A DNA stretch of 64,000 nt from assembly GCA_964435285.1 (NCBI GenBank), contig CAYSYA010000002.1, positions 129,135 through 193,134 on the forward strand, in the 5' to 3' direction. Positions 45,859-55,970 of the stretch are shown piece after piece (positions within the stretch are counted from its first letter, which is position 1; each line of letters opens with the position of its first letter). Source of the stretch: an uncultured Flavobacteriales bacterium (GTDB taxonomy: Bacteria; Bacteroidota; Bacteroidia; Flavobacteriales; TMED113). The translations under genes were made by a program, and so were the position numbers. The notes beneath the pieces are model-generated. The model worked only from the letters and a program-made list of their open reading frames with translations. It searched no databases and was not told the DNA's origin.

Positions 45859-48171
45859 ATGAAGAGTTTTATTTTTTTATCATTTTTTTACTCATTTTTT
45901 TTATTTTCTCAAAACCTACCAAGTCAGTACTATTTTTCTGAGGATGGAAATAGATTAATAAGAGGAGGATTGGATTTAGGTGGTTTTTATAATCAATCAG
46001 AAATAAAAACCATTTACTTATACTTTGATCAACCAAATTTTTGGGACATTCTACACAATAATTACTGTGATAAAATTAATATTCCCGCAACTTTGATTTA
46101 TGATGGACAAACATATGAAAATGTTGGTGTAAGATTTAAAGGACAAACTTCATATGCAAATACAAATGGTTCTCAAAATGGTGGTGGTCCTGGAGGAGGA
46201 GGTCCTGGAGGTAATAATGTTGATACAGATAAAAAGTCATTTAATATTGAGCTTGATTGGCAAACAAATCAAAATATTAACGGTTATGAAACATTAAACT
46301 TAAATAATTGCTACCAAGATCCTAGTTTTTTAAGAGAATTTATTTTTTCAAAATTATCTAGAAATTATATTCCATCTGTTCAAGTAAACTTCCTAAAATT
46401 AATGATTAACGATGAGGACTGGGGTATTTATCCAAACATTCAACAATTAGATAAAAAACATGCTGGGGAGTGGTTTTTTGATGATGAGTGCACTAGATGG
46501 AGAGCTGAAAACCCTAATAGTGAGGCTCCTGGTTGTGGGGATTCTTTTACAGGGGGAGGTCCTGGGGGAGGAGGTCCTGGAGGAGGAGGCCCTGGAGGAG
46601 GGGGTCCAAATTTTGGAGCAGGCACATCTTCTCTAAATTTTCTTGGAATTGATACTTCTTACTACTTAGAGCATTATAATTTAAAAAAGTCATACAAAAA
46701 TGATCCTTGGCAAGATTTAGTAAATGCTTGTATAGCTATTGAAAATGTTGAAAATTATGAAGACCAGTATAATGATATTAACGAACATTTTGATTTAGAT
46801 GCGGCTTTATGGCATTTAGCTGTCGAAATTATATTTTCAGATGATGACAGTTATATAAACAAAGGAGGAATGGATTATTATGTTTATTTCGATAAATTTA
46901 ATAACAGGATATTACCAATTGAATATGATGGAAATACAGTTTTTGGTAATATTAATTGGAGTCCATTTTATAATGAAAATAACTCCGATTTTGCTCTTTT
47001 AAATAAATTGTTAGCTATACCAGAATTTAGACAAAGGTATTTAGCTCACTTTAGAACTATTTTAAATCAATGTTTTGAGGAAAATTATATTAATAATTTA
47101 ATTGATTATTATGCTGAATTCATTAATCAAAGTGTTTATGATGATCCTAAAAAGATATATTCTTATGTTAATTTTCTAAATGAAGTAGAAGAATTAAAAG
47201 AATATTTTCAAGAAAGAAAATCTTATTTATTATCAAATGATGAGGTCAATCAGGAATCGGTAGAATTTGAAAGTGTGGTTTACTCGGTTAATGGTGTTAA
47301 TTTTTCTCAACCAAGTTCTTTAGATGAAACTTTAGTTTCAGTAATTTTAGATTCTCCAGATTTAGTAGATCAAGTAAATTTATATTACGGTTCTGGTTTT
47401 ACAGGTCATTTTGAAAAAGTGCAAATGGAAAATAATTTGAATTATTATTTTTACAATATTCCTGCTCATGACCCTGGTCAATATGTTAGATTCTACATAG
47501 AAATAATTGATAAAAATGGTGTTAGGAAATATAATCCCGAAGGCGCTGAACATGATGTATATATATATCAAGTAAAAATGAACCAAGATTTGTTTAGTGA
47601 TATTGTTATTAATGAGATTATGGCTTCTAATGATTTTACTGCTGTTGATGAATTTGGAGAATTTGATGATTGGATTGAGATTTATAATAAAGGAAATGAG
47701 TCAATAAATTTGTCAGGTTATTTTCTATCTGATGATCTTAATAATTTAACAAAATATACTTTTCCAGACGTTATTTTAGACCCCGATCAATATTTCATTG
47801 TTTGGGCGGATGATGATGAAGAAGATCAAGGAGATTATAATCATGCTACATTTAAATTATCTGCCTCTGGAGAATCAGTATATTTATCTGATGAAAATCT
47901 AAATTTAATTGATAATTGTGTGTTTGGTGAGCAACAAACAGACCAAGGTTTTGCACGTGTACCTAACGGATTTGGAGATTTTGTTATTCAAGCTCCTTCA
48001 TTTAATTATAATAATGATTTAATATCATCAACTTTGGACGGCTCTAATAATCAAAAAAAACTTATAAAAGTTATTGATATTTTAGGTAAAGAATTAACTA
48101 AGAATATTGATGGAATTCAAATTGAAATTTTTAATGATAATACTGCTGTAAAAAAGTTTAAATTAAGATAA
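45859..48171 (+). CDS. Secreted CotH kinase with GPGGG insertions, lamin-tail domain and short CTD-like tail
   Basis: Signal peptide; VGVRFKGQTS, KKSFNI, LNLNN, FLRE; LTD VINEIMASN...DWIEIYN...LSGYFLSDD; tail LIKVIDILGKE. Confidence 0.88.
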   Translation: MKSFIFLSFFYSFFLFSQNLPSQYYFSEDGNRLIRGGLDLGGFYNQSEIKTIYLYFDQPNFWDILHNNYCDKINIPATLIYDGQTYENVGVRFKGQTSYANTNGSQNGGGPGGGGPGGNNVDTDKKSFNIELDWQTNQNINGYETLNLNNCYQDPSFLREFIFSKLSRNYIPSVQVNFLKLMINDEDWGIYPNIQQLDKKHAGEWFFDDECTRWRAENPNSEAPGCGDSFTGGGPGGGGPGGGGPGGGGPNFGAGTSSLNFLGIDTSYYLEHYNLKKSYKNDPWQDLVNACIAIENVENYEDQYNDINEHFDLDAALWHLAVEIIFSDDDSYINKGGMDYYVYFDKFNNRILPIEYDGNTVFGNINWSPFYNENNSDFALLNKLLAIPEFRQRYLAHFRTILNQCFEENYINNLIDYYAEFINQSVYDDPKKIYSYVNFLNEVEELKEYFQERKSYLLSNDEVNQESVEFESVVYSVNGVNFSQPSSLDETLVSVILDSPDLVDQVNLYYGSGFTGHFEKVQMENNLNYYFYNIPAHDPGQYVRFYIEIIDKNGVRKYNPEGAEHDVYIYQVKMNQDLFSDIVINEIMASNDFTAVDEFGEFDDWIEIYNKGNESINLSGYFLSDDLNNLTKYTFPDVILDPDQYFIVWADDDEEDQGDYNHATFKLSASGESVYLSDENLNLIDNCVFGEQQTDQGFARVPNGFGDFVIQAPSFNYNNDLISSTLDGSNNQKKLIKVIDILGKELTKNIDGIQIEIFNDNTAVKKFKLR
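46180..46212 (+). repeat. 15-bp tandem repeat encoding (GGGP)/GPGGG, block 1
   Basis: ggtggtggtcctggaggaggaggtcctggaggt. Confidence 0.85.
46552..46608 (+). repeat. 15-bp tandem repeat encoding GPGGG x3 plus a final GP, block 2
   Basis: gggggaggt cctgggggaggaggt cctggaggaggaggc cctggaggagggggt cca; locally very GC-rich in an AT-rich genome. Confidence 0.9.
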
Positions 48172-48239
48172 AAAATCTTTTTAATTTTATAATATTTCTT
48201 TATAATTTTAGTTAAAAATTACAATAATAATATTTACAA

Positions 48240-49436
48240 ATGAATATGAAAAAAACACAAATCTTATTTACTGTTGGTTTAACGTCTCTAGTTTTATCTG
48301 TTATTTTTATTTTAATCACAATTATTTCTCCAAAAAAAACAGAAACTATTATTATTAAGGAACAAAATACACCAGTAGAGTTTTCTGGTCCTGTAAACAC
48401 GAATAATTATTTTGATTTTTCTTCTGCATCTGAAAAAGCAACTAAGGCAGTTGTTCATATAAAATCCAGTCTTGAAAAAACAAAGAATGAAAGTAATCGA
48501 ATAGAATTCAATCCTTTTGATTTTGATCCTTTTGGAGGAGGTTGGGGTTTTTTTGATGCTCCTAGTAAACCTTCCTCAGGTATGGGTTCTGGTGTTATAA
48601 TCTCAGAAGATGGATATATTATAACAAATAGTCATGTTGTTCAGGGATTTGACAAGTTTGAAGTAACATTAAATGATTCTAGATTATTTGATGCTGAACT
48701 GGTTGGTAAAGACCCCTCAACTGATATAGCAGTTTTAAAAATTAAGGAAAAGAATTTAAATTATTTAAACTTCTCAAACTCAGACTTAGTCAAAGTTGGA
48801 CAATGGGTACTGGCAGTAGGTAATCCTTTAGATTTAAAATCTACAGTTACTTCTGGAATTATAAGTGCTAAAGCTAGAAATATTAATATATTGAGAGGTG
48901 AAAAGTTTTCTGTTGAATCTTTTTTACAAACGGATGCTGCAGTAAACCAAGGAAATAGTGGAGGTGCTCTAGTTGATATTTTCGGTAACCTAATAGGGAT
49001 TAATACCGCTATTGCAAGTAGAAGTGGGGGGTATGAGGGCTATTCTTTCGCAGTTCCTTCAAATATTGCAAATAAAGTTTGTAGTGATTTAATTGAATAT
49101 GGAGCAGTTCAAAGAGCTTTACTAGGTGTATTTATTCAGGAATTAAATCCTGATCTTTGTAAGAAATTTGATTTAGATAAAGATATTCGAGGAATTTACA
49201 TCAGTGGATATACTAGTAATAGTACAGCTGAAAAAAATGGAATTAAAGAAGGAGATGTAATGCAAAAAATTGATGGATCAATTATAAATACAATTCCTCA
49301 GTTACAAGAAAAGTTATTACAAAAAAATCCTGGTGATTATATTAATGTTGAAGTTTTGAGGAAAGGTAAATCTAAAACTTTAAAAGTTAAACTAATGAGT
49401 TTAGAAGAAGCTTCTGAAATCATGCAAAAATCCTAA
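48240..49436 (+). CDS. HtrA/DegP-family serine protease with one PDZ domain
   Basis: GSGVII, TNSHVV, TDIAVLK, QTDAAVNQGNSGGAL; N-terminal TM. Confidence 0.93.
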   Translation: MNMKKTQILFTVGLTSLVLSVIFILITIISPKKTETIIIKEQNTPVEFSGPVNTNNYFDFSSASEKATKAVVHIKSSLEKTKNESNRIEFNPFDFDPFGGGWGFFDAPSKPSSGMGSGVIISEDGYIITNSHVVQGFDKFEVTLNDSRLFDAELVGKDPSTDIAVLKIKEKNLNYLNFSNSDLVKVGQWVLAVGNPLDLKSTVTSGIISAKARNINILRGEKFSVESFLQTDAAVNQGNSGGALVDIFGNLIGINTAIASRSGGYEGYSFAVPSNIANKVCSDLIEYGAVQRALLGVFIQELNPDLCKKFDLDKDIRGIYISGYTSNSTAEKNGIKEGDVMQKIDGSIINTIPQLQEKLLQKNPGDYINVEVLRKGKSKTLKVKLMSLEEASEIMQKS

Positions 49437-50419
49437 TGGAAGAAAATATAAAATCTTTTCCAGACCATTTAATTAATAGTTTTTCAAATTTTAATTCCAT
49501 AAAATTAACAAAGAATAAATTTAATTCTATTCTAATTGTTGGTCAGGGCGGATCTAGTGTAGGAGCCCTAATATTAAGTGATTTACTTAAAAAAGATATT
49601 AAAATACCAATTATTGTAAATCACGGATATAAACTTCCCAATTGGGTTTCAAAAGAAACATTAATTATAATTTCTTCCTACTCTGGAAATACCGAAGAAA
49701 CTTTAAATATTTTTAAACTCTGTATAAATAAAGGTTTTATTCCAGAATGTGTTTCTTCGGGTGGAAAAATTTTAAAGATTTGTAATAAAAATAAAATTAA
49801 TTTTACTTATTTACCTGAAGGATATCAACCAAGAGAAGCTTTGGGTTTTTCAATTTATGCATTATTTTCAATTTTTTATAAATATGGAATCATTTCTAGA
49901 ACCAGTTTCATGAAACTAAAAAATTCCTCAAAGCAACTTTCTAAAAGTCAAGCAGAAATTATAAAAAAAGCAAAAGAATTATCTGTTAAGATTTATAATA
50001 AAGTTCCAATAATTTACTCATCTAATCTTTTTGTCGGACTTGTAACAAGATTCAAACAACAATTAAATGAAAATTCAAAAAATCTTTGTTGGTTTAATAT
50101 AATTCCTGAAATGAATCATAATGAAATTGTTGGATGGGATTTATCAAACAAAGATATAAATTCAAATTTTATTTCATTATTCATAAAAAGTCATTTAGAT
50201 ATCAAAAAAAATCATAAAAGAATTGATTTTACTCTTGACTATTTAAAGCAAAAAAAAATTAGTTCAGAGTTAATAATTATGGATAAAGGGGATTTATATT
50301 TTCAATATTTATATTTGATTAATTTATTAGATTTTGTTTCTTTTTATTTAGCAGGTAAAAAAAATGTAGACCCTTACAATATTGATTCTATAATAACATT
50401 AAAATCTAAATTGAAATAA
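49436..50419 (+). CDS. Bifunctional phosphoglucose/phosphomannose isomerase (SIS fold)
   Basis: GQGGSS, SSYSGNTEET, SSGG, QPREA, KQQLNENSK, PEMNHNEI, I..LK. Confidence 0.85.
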   Translation: MEENIKSFPDHLINSFSNFNSIKLTKNKFNSILIVGQGGSSVGALILSDLLKKDIKIPIIVNHGYKLPNWVSKETLIIISSYSGNTEETLNIFKLCINKGFIPECVSSGGKILKICNKNKINFTYLPEGYQPREALGFSIYALFSIFYKYGIISRTSFMKLKNSSKQLSKSQAEIIKKAKELSVKIYNKVPIIYSSNLFVGLVTRFKQQLNENSKNLCWFNIIPEMNHNEIVGWDLSNKDINSNFISLFIKSHLDIKKNHKRIDFTLDYLKQKKISSELIIMDKGDLYFQYLYLINLLDFVSFYLAGKKNVDPYNIDSIITLKSKLK

Positions 50420-50423
50420 ATTT

Positions 50424-51035
50424 ATGATTAAAGGATTTATATTGGATTTTGATGGTGTAATTATTGATACAAATAACTATCATTTTTTATCATGGAAAAA
50501 AAGTTTAAAAGATTTTGATATAAATTTCACTGAATCAGATTATGAAGAAATAAAAGGTTTAAGTAGATTATTGTCAGTTGATTATCTATCTTCAGTTCAT
50601 AAAGTTATTGAGTCAAATAAACAAAATTTATTAAAAAAGAAAAATGATATTTATTTAAAATTAATTGAAAGTGTAAGTTCCGATGATTTAATGTATGGAG
50701 TAAAAGATTTTCTTATAACCTACGGAAAGTCAAAATTAGGAGTAGCTTCCTCAAGTAAAAATGCAAAATATATACTTAAAAAAATTAAATGTGATCATTA
50801 TTTCGATGTTATTGTTGATGCAAATGATATTCCTGAATCAAAACCAAATCCAAATGTTTTTCTAAAATGTTCAGAGCTACTTGGTTTAAAACCATTTCAG
50901 TGTGTAGTTTTTGAAGATTCTGAAAAAGGATTATTAGCATCACAAAAAGGGGGGTTTATAAGCTATTTAGTTGGTAATAAGAAAATAAGTCATTTGACTA
51001 ATAACTATATTGATAATTTAACATTATACAAATGA
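50424..51035 (+). CDS. HAD-family hydrolase, beta-phosphoglucomutase-like
   Basis: DFDGVIIDT..YHFLSWK, ASSSKNA, SKPNPNVF, FEDS. Confidence 0.82.
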   Translation: MIKGFILDFDGVIIDTNNYHFLSWKKSLKDFDINFTESDYEEIKGLSRLLSVDYLSSVHKVIESNKQNLLKKKNDIYLKLIESVSSDDLMYGVKDFLITYGKSKLGVASSSKNAKYILKKIKCDHYFDVIVDANDIPESKPNPNVFLKCSELLGLKPFQCVVFEDSEKGLLASQKGGFISYLVGNKKISHLTNNYIDNLTLYK

Positions 51036-51877
51036 TACTAATTGCTGATAGTGGTTCAAGTAAAACTGATTGGGCTTATTTTGACAATTCAATAAATCAG
51101 TTTAAAATTATTAGAACAATAGGCTTTAACCCTTACTTTATTGACTCTAAAAGAATAATAGAAGAGTTAAATTCTTCTTTTGATTTATTAAAAATTTCAA
51201 AATCTGTAAGAAAAGTTTTTTTTTATGGAGCAGGATGCACTGAAGATTCAAAGAAAAATATAATATTTGAATCCTTAAATTCATTTTTTTTAGATTCTGA
51301 TATTTTTATTGAGAATGATATTTTAGGTGCTTGTTTGTCTGTAAAATCTAAAAAAACTAGTATTAACTGTATTTTAGGGACAGGGTCTATTGCATGTATT
51401 TTTGATGGAAGGAAAATAGAAGAATCAGTTCCTTCTTTGGGTTTTATTCTAGGTGATGAGGGAAGTGGTAATTATTTTGGAAAAAAAATATTAAAACTTT
51501 ACATGACCAACCAGTTACCTAGAAATTTAAAAACTAATTTTGAAAAAAATTTTGATATTTCTTATGAAAAAATAATGACTAATATTTATCATAGTGAAAG
51601 GCCAAATTCTTTTCTGTCTTCTTTTTTCCCTTTTTTAGCTAAAAATAAAACCGACCCATATATTTCTAATATTTTAAAAATTGGATTATTAGATTTTTTG
51701 AATGTTCACGTTTTTTCTATACCAAATTTTAAAGATTACGATATTAATTTTTTTGGTTCAGTATCAATAATTTTAAAGGATGAAATTATTGAAATTCTAA
51801 GAGAGAGAAAATGTAAAATAGGATTATTTATAGATAAACCAATTTTAGGTTTATGTAATTATCATTATAAAAAATAG
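51032..51877 (+). CDS. BadF/BadG-type sugar (N-acetylglucosamine) kinase
   Basis: IADSGSSKTDW, GFNPYF, FYGAGC, ILGTGS, LGFILGDEGSG. Confidence 0.85.
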   Translation: MILIADSGSSKTDWAYFDNSINQFKIIRTIGFNPYFIDSKRIIEELNSSFDLLKISKSVRKVFFYGAGCTEDSKKNIIFESLNSFFLDSDIFIENDILGACLSVKSKKTSINCILGTGSIACIFDGRKIEESVPSLGFILGDEGSGNYFGKKILKLYMTNQLPRNLKTNFEKNFDISYEKIMTNIYHSERPNSFLSSFFPFLAKNKTDPYISNILKIGLLDFLNVHVFSIPNFKDYDINFFGSVSIILKDEIIEILRERKCKIGLFIDKPILGLCNYHYKK

Positions 51878-51907
51878 TTTTTTTAGTAGCTATTAATAAA
51901 ATACTTT

Positions 51908-51915
51908 TAAATTTG
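51908..51915 (+). promoter_or_regulatory. -7 promoter element (TAAATTTG), 4 nt before alkB ATG
   Basis: Exact TAnnTTTG match. Confidence 0.5.
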
Positions 51916-51919
51916 ATTT

Positions 51920-52990
51920 ATGAATCCCTTTTCTTTTATTAAAAGTTTAATACCATTTCAATACTCATTTTCTTATATTTTTTTTGTTTTTGGTTGGGTT
52001 AGTTTTTTTTACTCAGGTTTATTTTCTTACTCATTAATTTTATTTGCTTTTGTCTTTCTACCAATTTTAGAACTTTTAACTCCTCCTGGTTTTAAGTTTT
52101 TTCAAGGTTTAGATACTAAAAAAGATAGTTTTATTTATGACTTAATACTTTATTTTACAGTTTTTTTACAAATAGTATCACTGATTTTTTTTCTATTTGT
52201 AATCAACTATTATGATTTATCTGCTTATGAGTTAGTTGGAAAAGTTTTAGCAATGGGAACTTTATGTGGTCATTCAATCAATATAGCTCATGAATTAGGT
52301 CATAGGTCAAATAAGTTCGATCAATTTTTGTCTAAAACACTGCTCTTAACAAGTTTATATATGCATTTTTTTATTGAACATAACAAAGGACACCATGTAA
52401 GGGTTGGCACACACAGTGATCCAGCAACAGCACGAAAAGGTGAATGGTTGTATTTCTTTTTTGTTAGATCAATTATTTTTCAGTATATATCTGCTTGGAA
52501 AATTGAATTTAAAAGACTAAAAATGAAAAAAAAATATTTTTTTTCACTTAATAATGAAATGATTCAGTTTACTTTAATTCAACTTTTTTTAATTCTTACC
52601 ATCTTCTACTTAAATATTTTTTCAGGTATAATGTTTTTATTTTCCGCGTTTTTTGGAATCATTTTACTTGAAACAATAAATTATGTTGAACACTATGGGT
52701 TAGTAAGAAATTTGAAATCAAATGGTAGACATGAGGCATTATCTGAATTTCATTCTTGGAACTCAGATTTTATTTTAGGAAGATTATTACTCCATCAATT
52801 AACGTTACATTCAGACCACCACTTAAAAGCATCGAAAAAATATCAAAAATTAGAAAATATATCCAATGCTCCTAAACATCCTAGTGGTTATCCAGGTATG
52901 ATGGTATTGGCTTTTTTTCCCCCACTATGGTTTTTTTCCATGAACCCTTTAGTTAATAAGTACAGAATTAAATCAAAAAAAAAAAAATAA
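51920..52990 (+). CDS. alkB: Alkane 1-monooxygenase (AlkB) family non-heme di-iron membrane enzyme
   Basis: All His boxes present: AHELGH, EHNKGHH, NYVEHYGL, LHSDHH; multiple TM segments. Confidence 0.92.
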   Translation: MNPFSFIKSLIPFQYSFSYIFFVFGWVSFFYSGLFSYSLILFAFVFLPILELLTPPGFKFFQGLDTKKDSFIYDLILYFTVFLQIVSLIFFLFVINYYDLSAYELVGKVLAMGTLCGHSINIAHELGHRSNKFDQFLSKTLLLTSLYMHFFIEHNKGHHVRVGTHSDPATARKGEWLYFFFVRSIIFQYISAWKIEFKRLKMKKKYFFSLNNEMIQFTLIQLFLILTIFYLNIFSGIMFLFSAFFGIILLETINYVEHYGLVRNLKSNGRHEALSEFHSWNSDFILGRLLLHQLTLHSDHHLKASKKYQKLENISNAPKHPSGYPGMMVLAFFPPLWFFSMNPLVNKYRIKSKKKK

Positions 52991-52995
52991 CTAAC

Positions 52996-55479
52996 ATGAA
53001 AAATATAATTTTATTCTTAATTCCATTATTTTCTTTGTCTCAAGATTATAGTAAATATATGTCTAAAGGAAATAGTCAAAAACCTACAGGAAAAATTTAT
53101 GGAAAAATTCAAGATGATAATTCAAAAAACCTACAATTTGCTAACGTTTCATTACTTTCAAATGATTCTATTTTAGAAGGTTTAATTACTGATGAAAAAG
53201 GCAGGTTTTTATTTGAAGATATTCAAGTTGGTAAGTATTCCTTGAAAATTAATTATGTTGGTTATGAAACAAAAAAAATAGATGAAATATCAATTACCAA
53301 AGATATTAATGTAATCAACTTGAAAAACATTAAACTTGAATTGACAATAAATATGTTAGAGGGTATGAATTTAGTTGATGAAAAACCTATTTATGAAAAT
53401 AAATTTGAAAAAATTATTTATAATGTTGAAAATGATTTAAGTCAAAATTCTCTTGATGGCATTGATGTTTTAAGTCAGGCTCCACTCCTTGATGTTGATA
53501 TAGAAGGAAATGTTTCTTTGAGAGGTTCACAAAATATTAAGTTTTTACTTAATGGTAAAGAATCTTCTTTTTTAAAAGGTGATAATGTAGCTGATGTACT
53601 TAAAATGATTCCTTCTGAACAAATTAAAAGTGTTGAGGTAATAACGAGTCCAACAGCGAGATACGCAGGTGAGGGTAATGCTGGTATAGTTAATATAATT
53701 ACTAAACAAGATAAGTTAGAAGGATTTACGGCTGGATTGGGTACAAGTACTGGAACAAGGGTAAATAGAACTAATGGTAATTTTAGTTATGGTAATAATA
53801 AATTTGGCATTAGCGGAAGAATTGGTGGGAGATATGGATGGCCAAGGGAAGGAAAAAGTACTTATTATAGAGAAACAATTGGCGAAAATGGAGAAAATTT
53901 AAGCATTTTAGAATCTAACGGAAAAACTATAGGGAATTGGGTGGGGCATAACTCCTCTTTAGATGCTTATTATGAATTTAATCCTCAATTAAATATTTTA
54001 TCATCTCTTTGGTATGGAGGATACAGGAAAACTAATGAGGGAAATTATAATTATTACTCTGATATACAAGGTGAATATGATGTCTTTCAAGAATCTTTAA
54101 ATACTGATACTGAACTAGAATGGACAACTGATATTGTTAAAACTTTTTTAGATAATGAGAAGAGAGAATTAAGATTTGCTTTTCAGTTAGGAAGAGAATA
54201 CAATAACGATGAAAGTTTTACAAATCAAGGTTTCTCTACCTTTCAACAAACTGATAGTTTAGATTATGATAATCTTAGTGATGGCTTAGGTCGAGAATAT
54301 ACATTTCAATTAGACTACATTCACCCTATATCTAAATCTTATGAAATTGAATTAGGGGGAAAATTCATTAATAGACTGAGAGAAATTGATTATTCTAACA
54401 CTCAAGAAACATTTTTTGAAGACGAAAGCGACGAAGGAAATTCTGATTTATTTAGTGCTAATGATATTTTTAACTATGATCAATCAGTTTGGGCAGGATA
54501 CCTGTCTTCAAGTATGGAGTTTCCTAAGGACATTTCTTTAATAGCTGGAGTAAGATATGAAGGAACAAAAATTAGTGGTCAATACCAGTTAAGTAATCAA
54601 AACATAGATGAAAACACATACCATACTTTTTTACCAAGTTTTGTGCTATCAAAAAAAATAGATTTTTCTAAAACATTAAAGTTATCTTATTCAAAAAGAT
54701 TGATGAGGCCTAGTATGACTTACATTAATCCAAATATTGTTTTTACAGATTCTAAAAACATCAAAATTGGAAATCCAAATCTAAATCCAGAAATAACCCA
54801 ACAATTTGAATTTGGTTACAGTAGTTTTAAACCTGGTTTTATGACAAATTATTTCATTTATTACAAAAAAACAGATGACATAATAGAAGACTTTATCTCT
54901 ATATCTGGAGATACTTCAATCACTAATTATTTTAATATCGGAACAAATAACTCATTTGGGTTTAATTTTTTTGGTTCAATTAGAATACCAAATATTATGA
55001 ATATAAGAGGAGGGGGTGATATTTACACTTACAATGTTTCATCATCGCAATTTTCAGTAAATAATCCTAATGTAGATGATGTAAGACTAGTATTTAAATG
55101 GTATTTAAATTCTAAAATTGATTTAGGAAAAAATTATACTTTTGAATGCAGAGGATGGTACAGATCACCAAGACAAACAATTCAAGGAACTATTCCAAGT
55201 TTTTCCATGGTTAGTTTTGGATTAAAAAAAGAGTTCAATAATAAACGAGGTTCAATTGGAATTGGCTTAATTGAGCCATGGAATAAGTATAAGTCATTTG
55301 AAACTGAATTATCTGGAAATAATTTTAATCAACAATCAAATAATCAAATTTTATTTAGATCAATTCAATTAAATTTTAAATATAAGTTTGGGAAGTTAAA
55401 ATTTGATCCTATAAAAGGCAAAAGTACAATTAATAACAATGACTTAAAAGATGGTGATGGGGGTGGAGGAGAATATTAA
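52996..55479 (+). CDS. TonB-dependent receptor-like outer membrane beta-barrel with N-terminal carboxypeptidase-regulatory-like domain
   Basis: Signal peptide; plug motifs VDIEGNVSLRG, SVEVITSPTARY..EG.AGIVNII; GNPNLNPE; C-terminal YKFG. Confidence 0.88.
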   Translation: MKNIILFLIPLFSLSQDYSKYMSKGNSQKPTGKIYGKIQDDNSKNLQFANVSLLSNDSILEGLITDEKGRFLFEDIQVGKYSLKINYVGYETKKIDEISITKDINVINLKNIKLELTINMLEGMNLVDEKPIYENKFEKIIYNVENDLSQNSLDGIDVLSQAPLLDVDIEGNVSLRGSQNIKFLLNGKESSFLKGDNVADVLKMIPSEQIKSVEVITSPTARYAGEGNAGIVNIITKQDKLEGFTAGLGTSTGTRVNRTNGNFSYGNNKFGISGRIGGRYGWPREGKSTYYRETIGENGENLSILESNGKTIGNWVGHNSSLDAYYEFNPQLNILSSLWYGGYRKTNEGNYNYYSDIQGEYDVFQESLNTDTELEWTTDIVKTFLDNEKRELRFAFQLGREYNNDESFTNQGFSTFQQTDSLDYDNLSDGLGREYTFQLDYIHPISKSYEIELGGKFINRLREIDYSNTQETFFEDESDEGNSDLFSANDIFNYDQSVWAGYLSSSMEFPKDISLIAGVRYEGTKISGQYQLSNQNIDENTYHTFLPSFVLSKKIDFSKTLKLSYSKRLMRPSMTYINPNIVFTDSKNIKIGNPNLNPEITQQFEFGYSSFKPGFMTNYFIYYKKTDDIIEDFISISGDTSITNYFNIGTNNSFGFNFFGSIRIPNIMNIRGGGDIYTYNVSSSQFSVNNPNVDDVRLVFKWYLNSKIDLGKNYTFECRGWYRSPRQTIQGTIPSFSMVSFGLKKEFNNKRGSIGIGLIEPWNKYKSFETELSGNNFNQQSNNQILFRSIQLNFKYKFGKLKFDPIKGKSTINNNDLKDGDGGGGEY

Positions 55480-55491
55480 AATTAAGTTTAT

Positions 55492-55968
55492 ATGAAAACA
55501 ATACACGATTGGTTTGATGAATATGGTCAAAGTCATCAAAATAAAACAAATAAAATCATTCATTGGATTTGTATTCCACTAATTTTTTGGAGCATTATTG
55601 CATTATTATCTATAATTCCTCAACAATTTATAAAAATAGGTAGTGAATATAATTTTTTACATTTTGGTACAATAGTTATTATTTTGGGATTATTTTTTTA
55701 TTTAAGATTATCTTTTAAAATTTTTCTTGGGATGTTTGTCTTTTCTTTATATGTTTTACTTGATGTTTACTTTTGGGATACGGTTTTTGGAAGAGATGTT
55801 TTAATGTTTTTAGCGATTAGTATTTTTGTATTTTCTTGGATACTTCAATTTTATGGTCATAAAATTGAAGGTAAAAAACCCTCATTTGCAAAAGATATTC
55901 AGTTTTTATTAATTGGTCCAGCTTGGTTACTTGGTTATATTTATAAAAAAATTGGAATTAAATTTTAG
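55492..55968 (+). CDS. Mpo1-like (DUF962) membrane protein
   Basis: YGQSHQN..N..IHWICIP, QFYGHKIEGKKPSF, LLIGP. Confidence 0.88.
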   Translation: MKTIHDWFDEYGQSHQNKTNKIIHWICIPLIFWSIIALLSIIPQQFIKIGSEYNFLHFGTIVIILGLFFYLRLSFKIFLGMFVFSLYVLLDVYFWDTVFGRDVLMFLAISIFVFSWILQFYGHKIEGKKPSFAKDIQFLLIGPAWLLGYIYKKIGIKF

Positions 55969-55970
55969 TT

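Noticed and set aside
52975-52987. 13-nt poly-A tract as a phase-variation switch in alkB
   Set aside because: Lies in the last four codons, so slippage would barely change the protein; long A/T runs are common here and may be sequencing noise.
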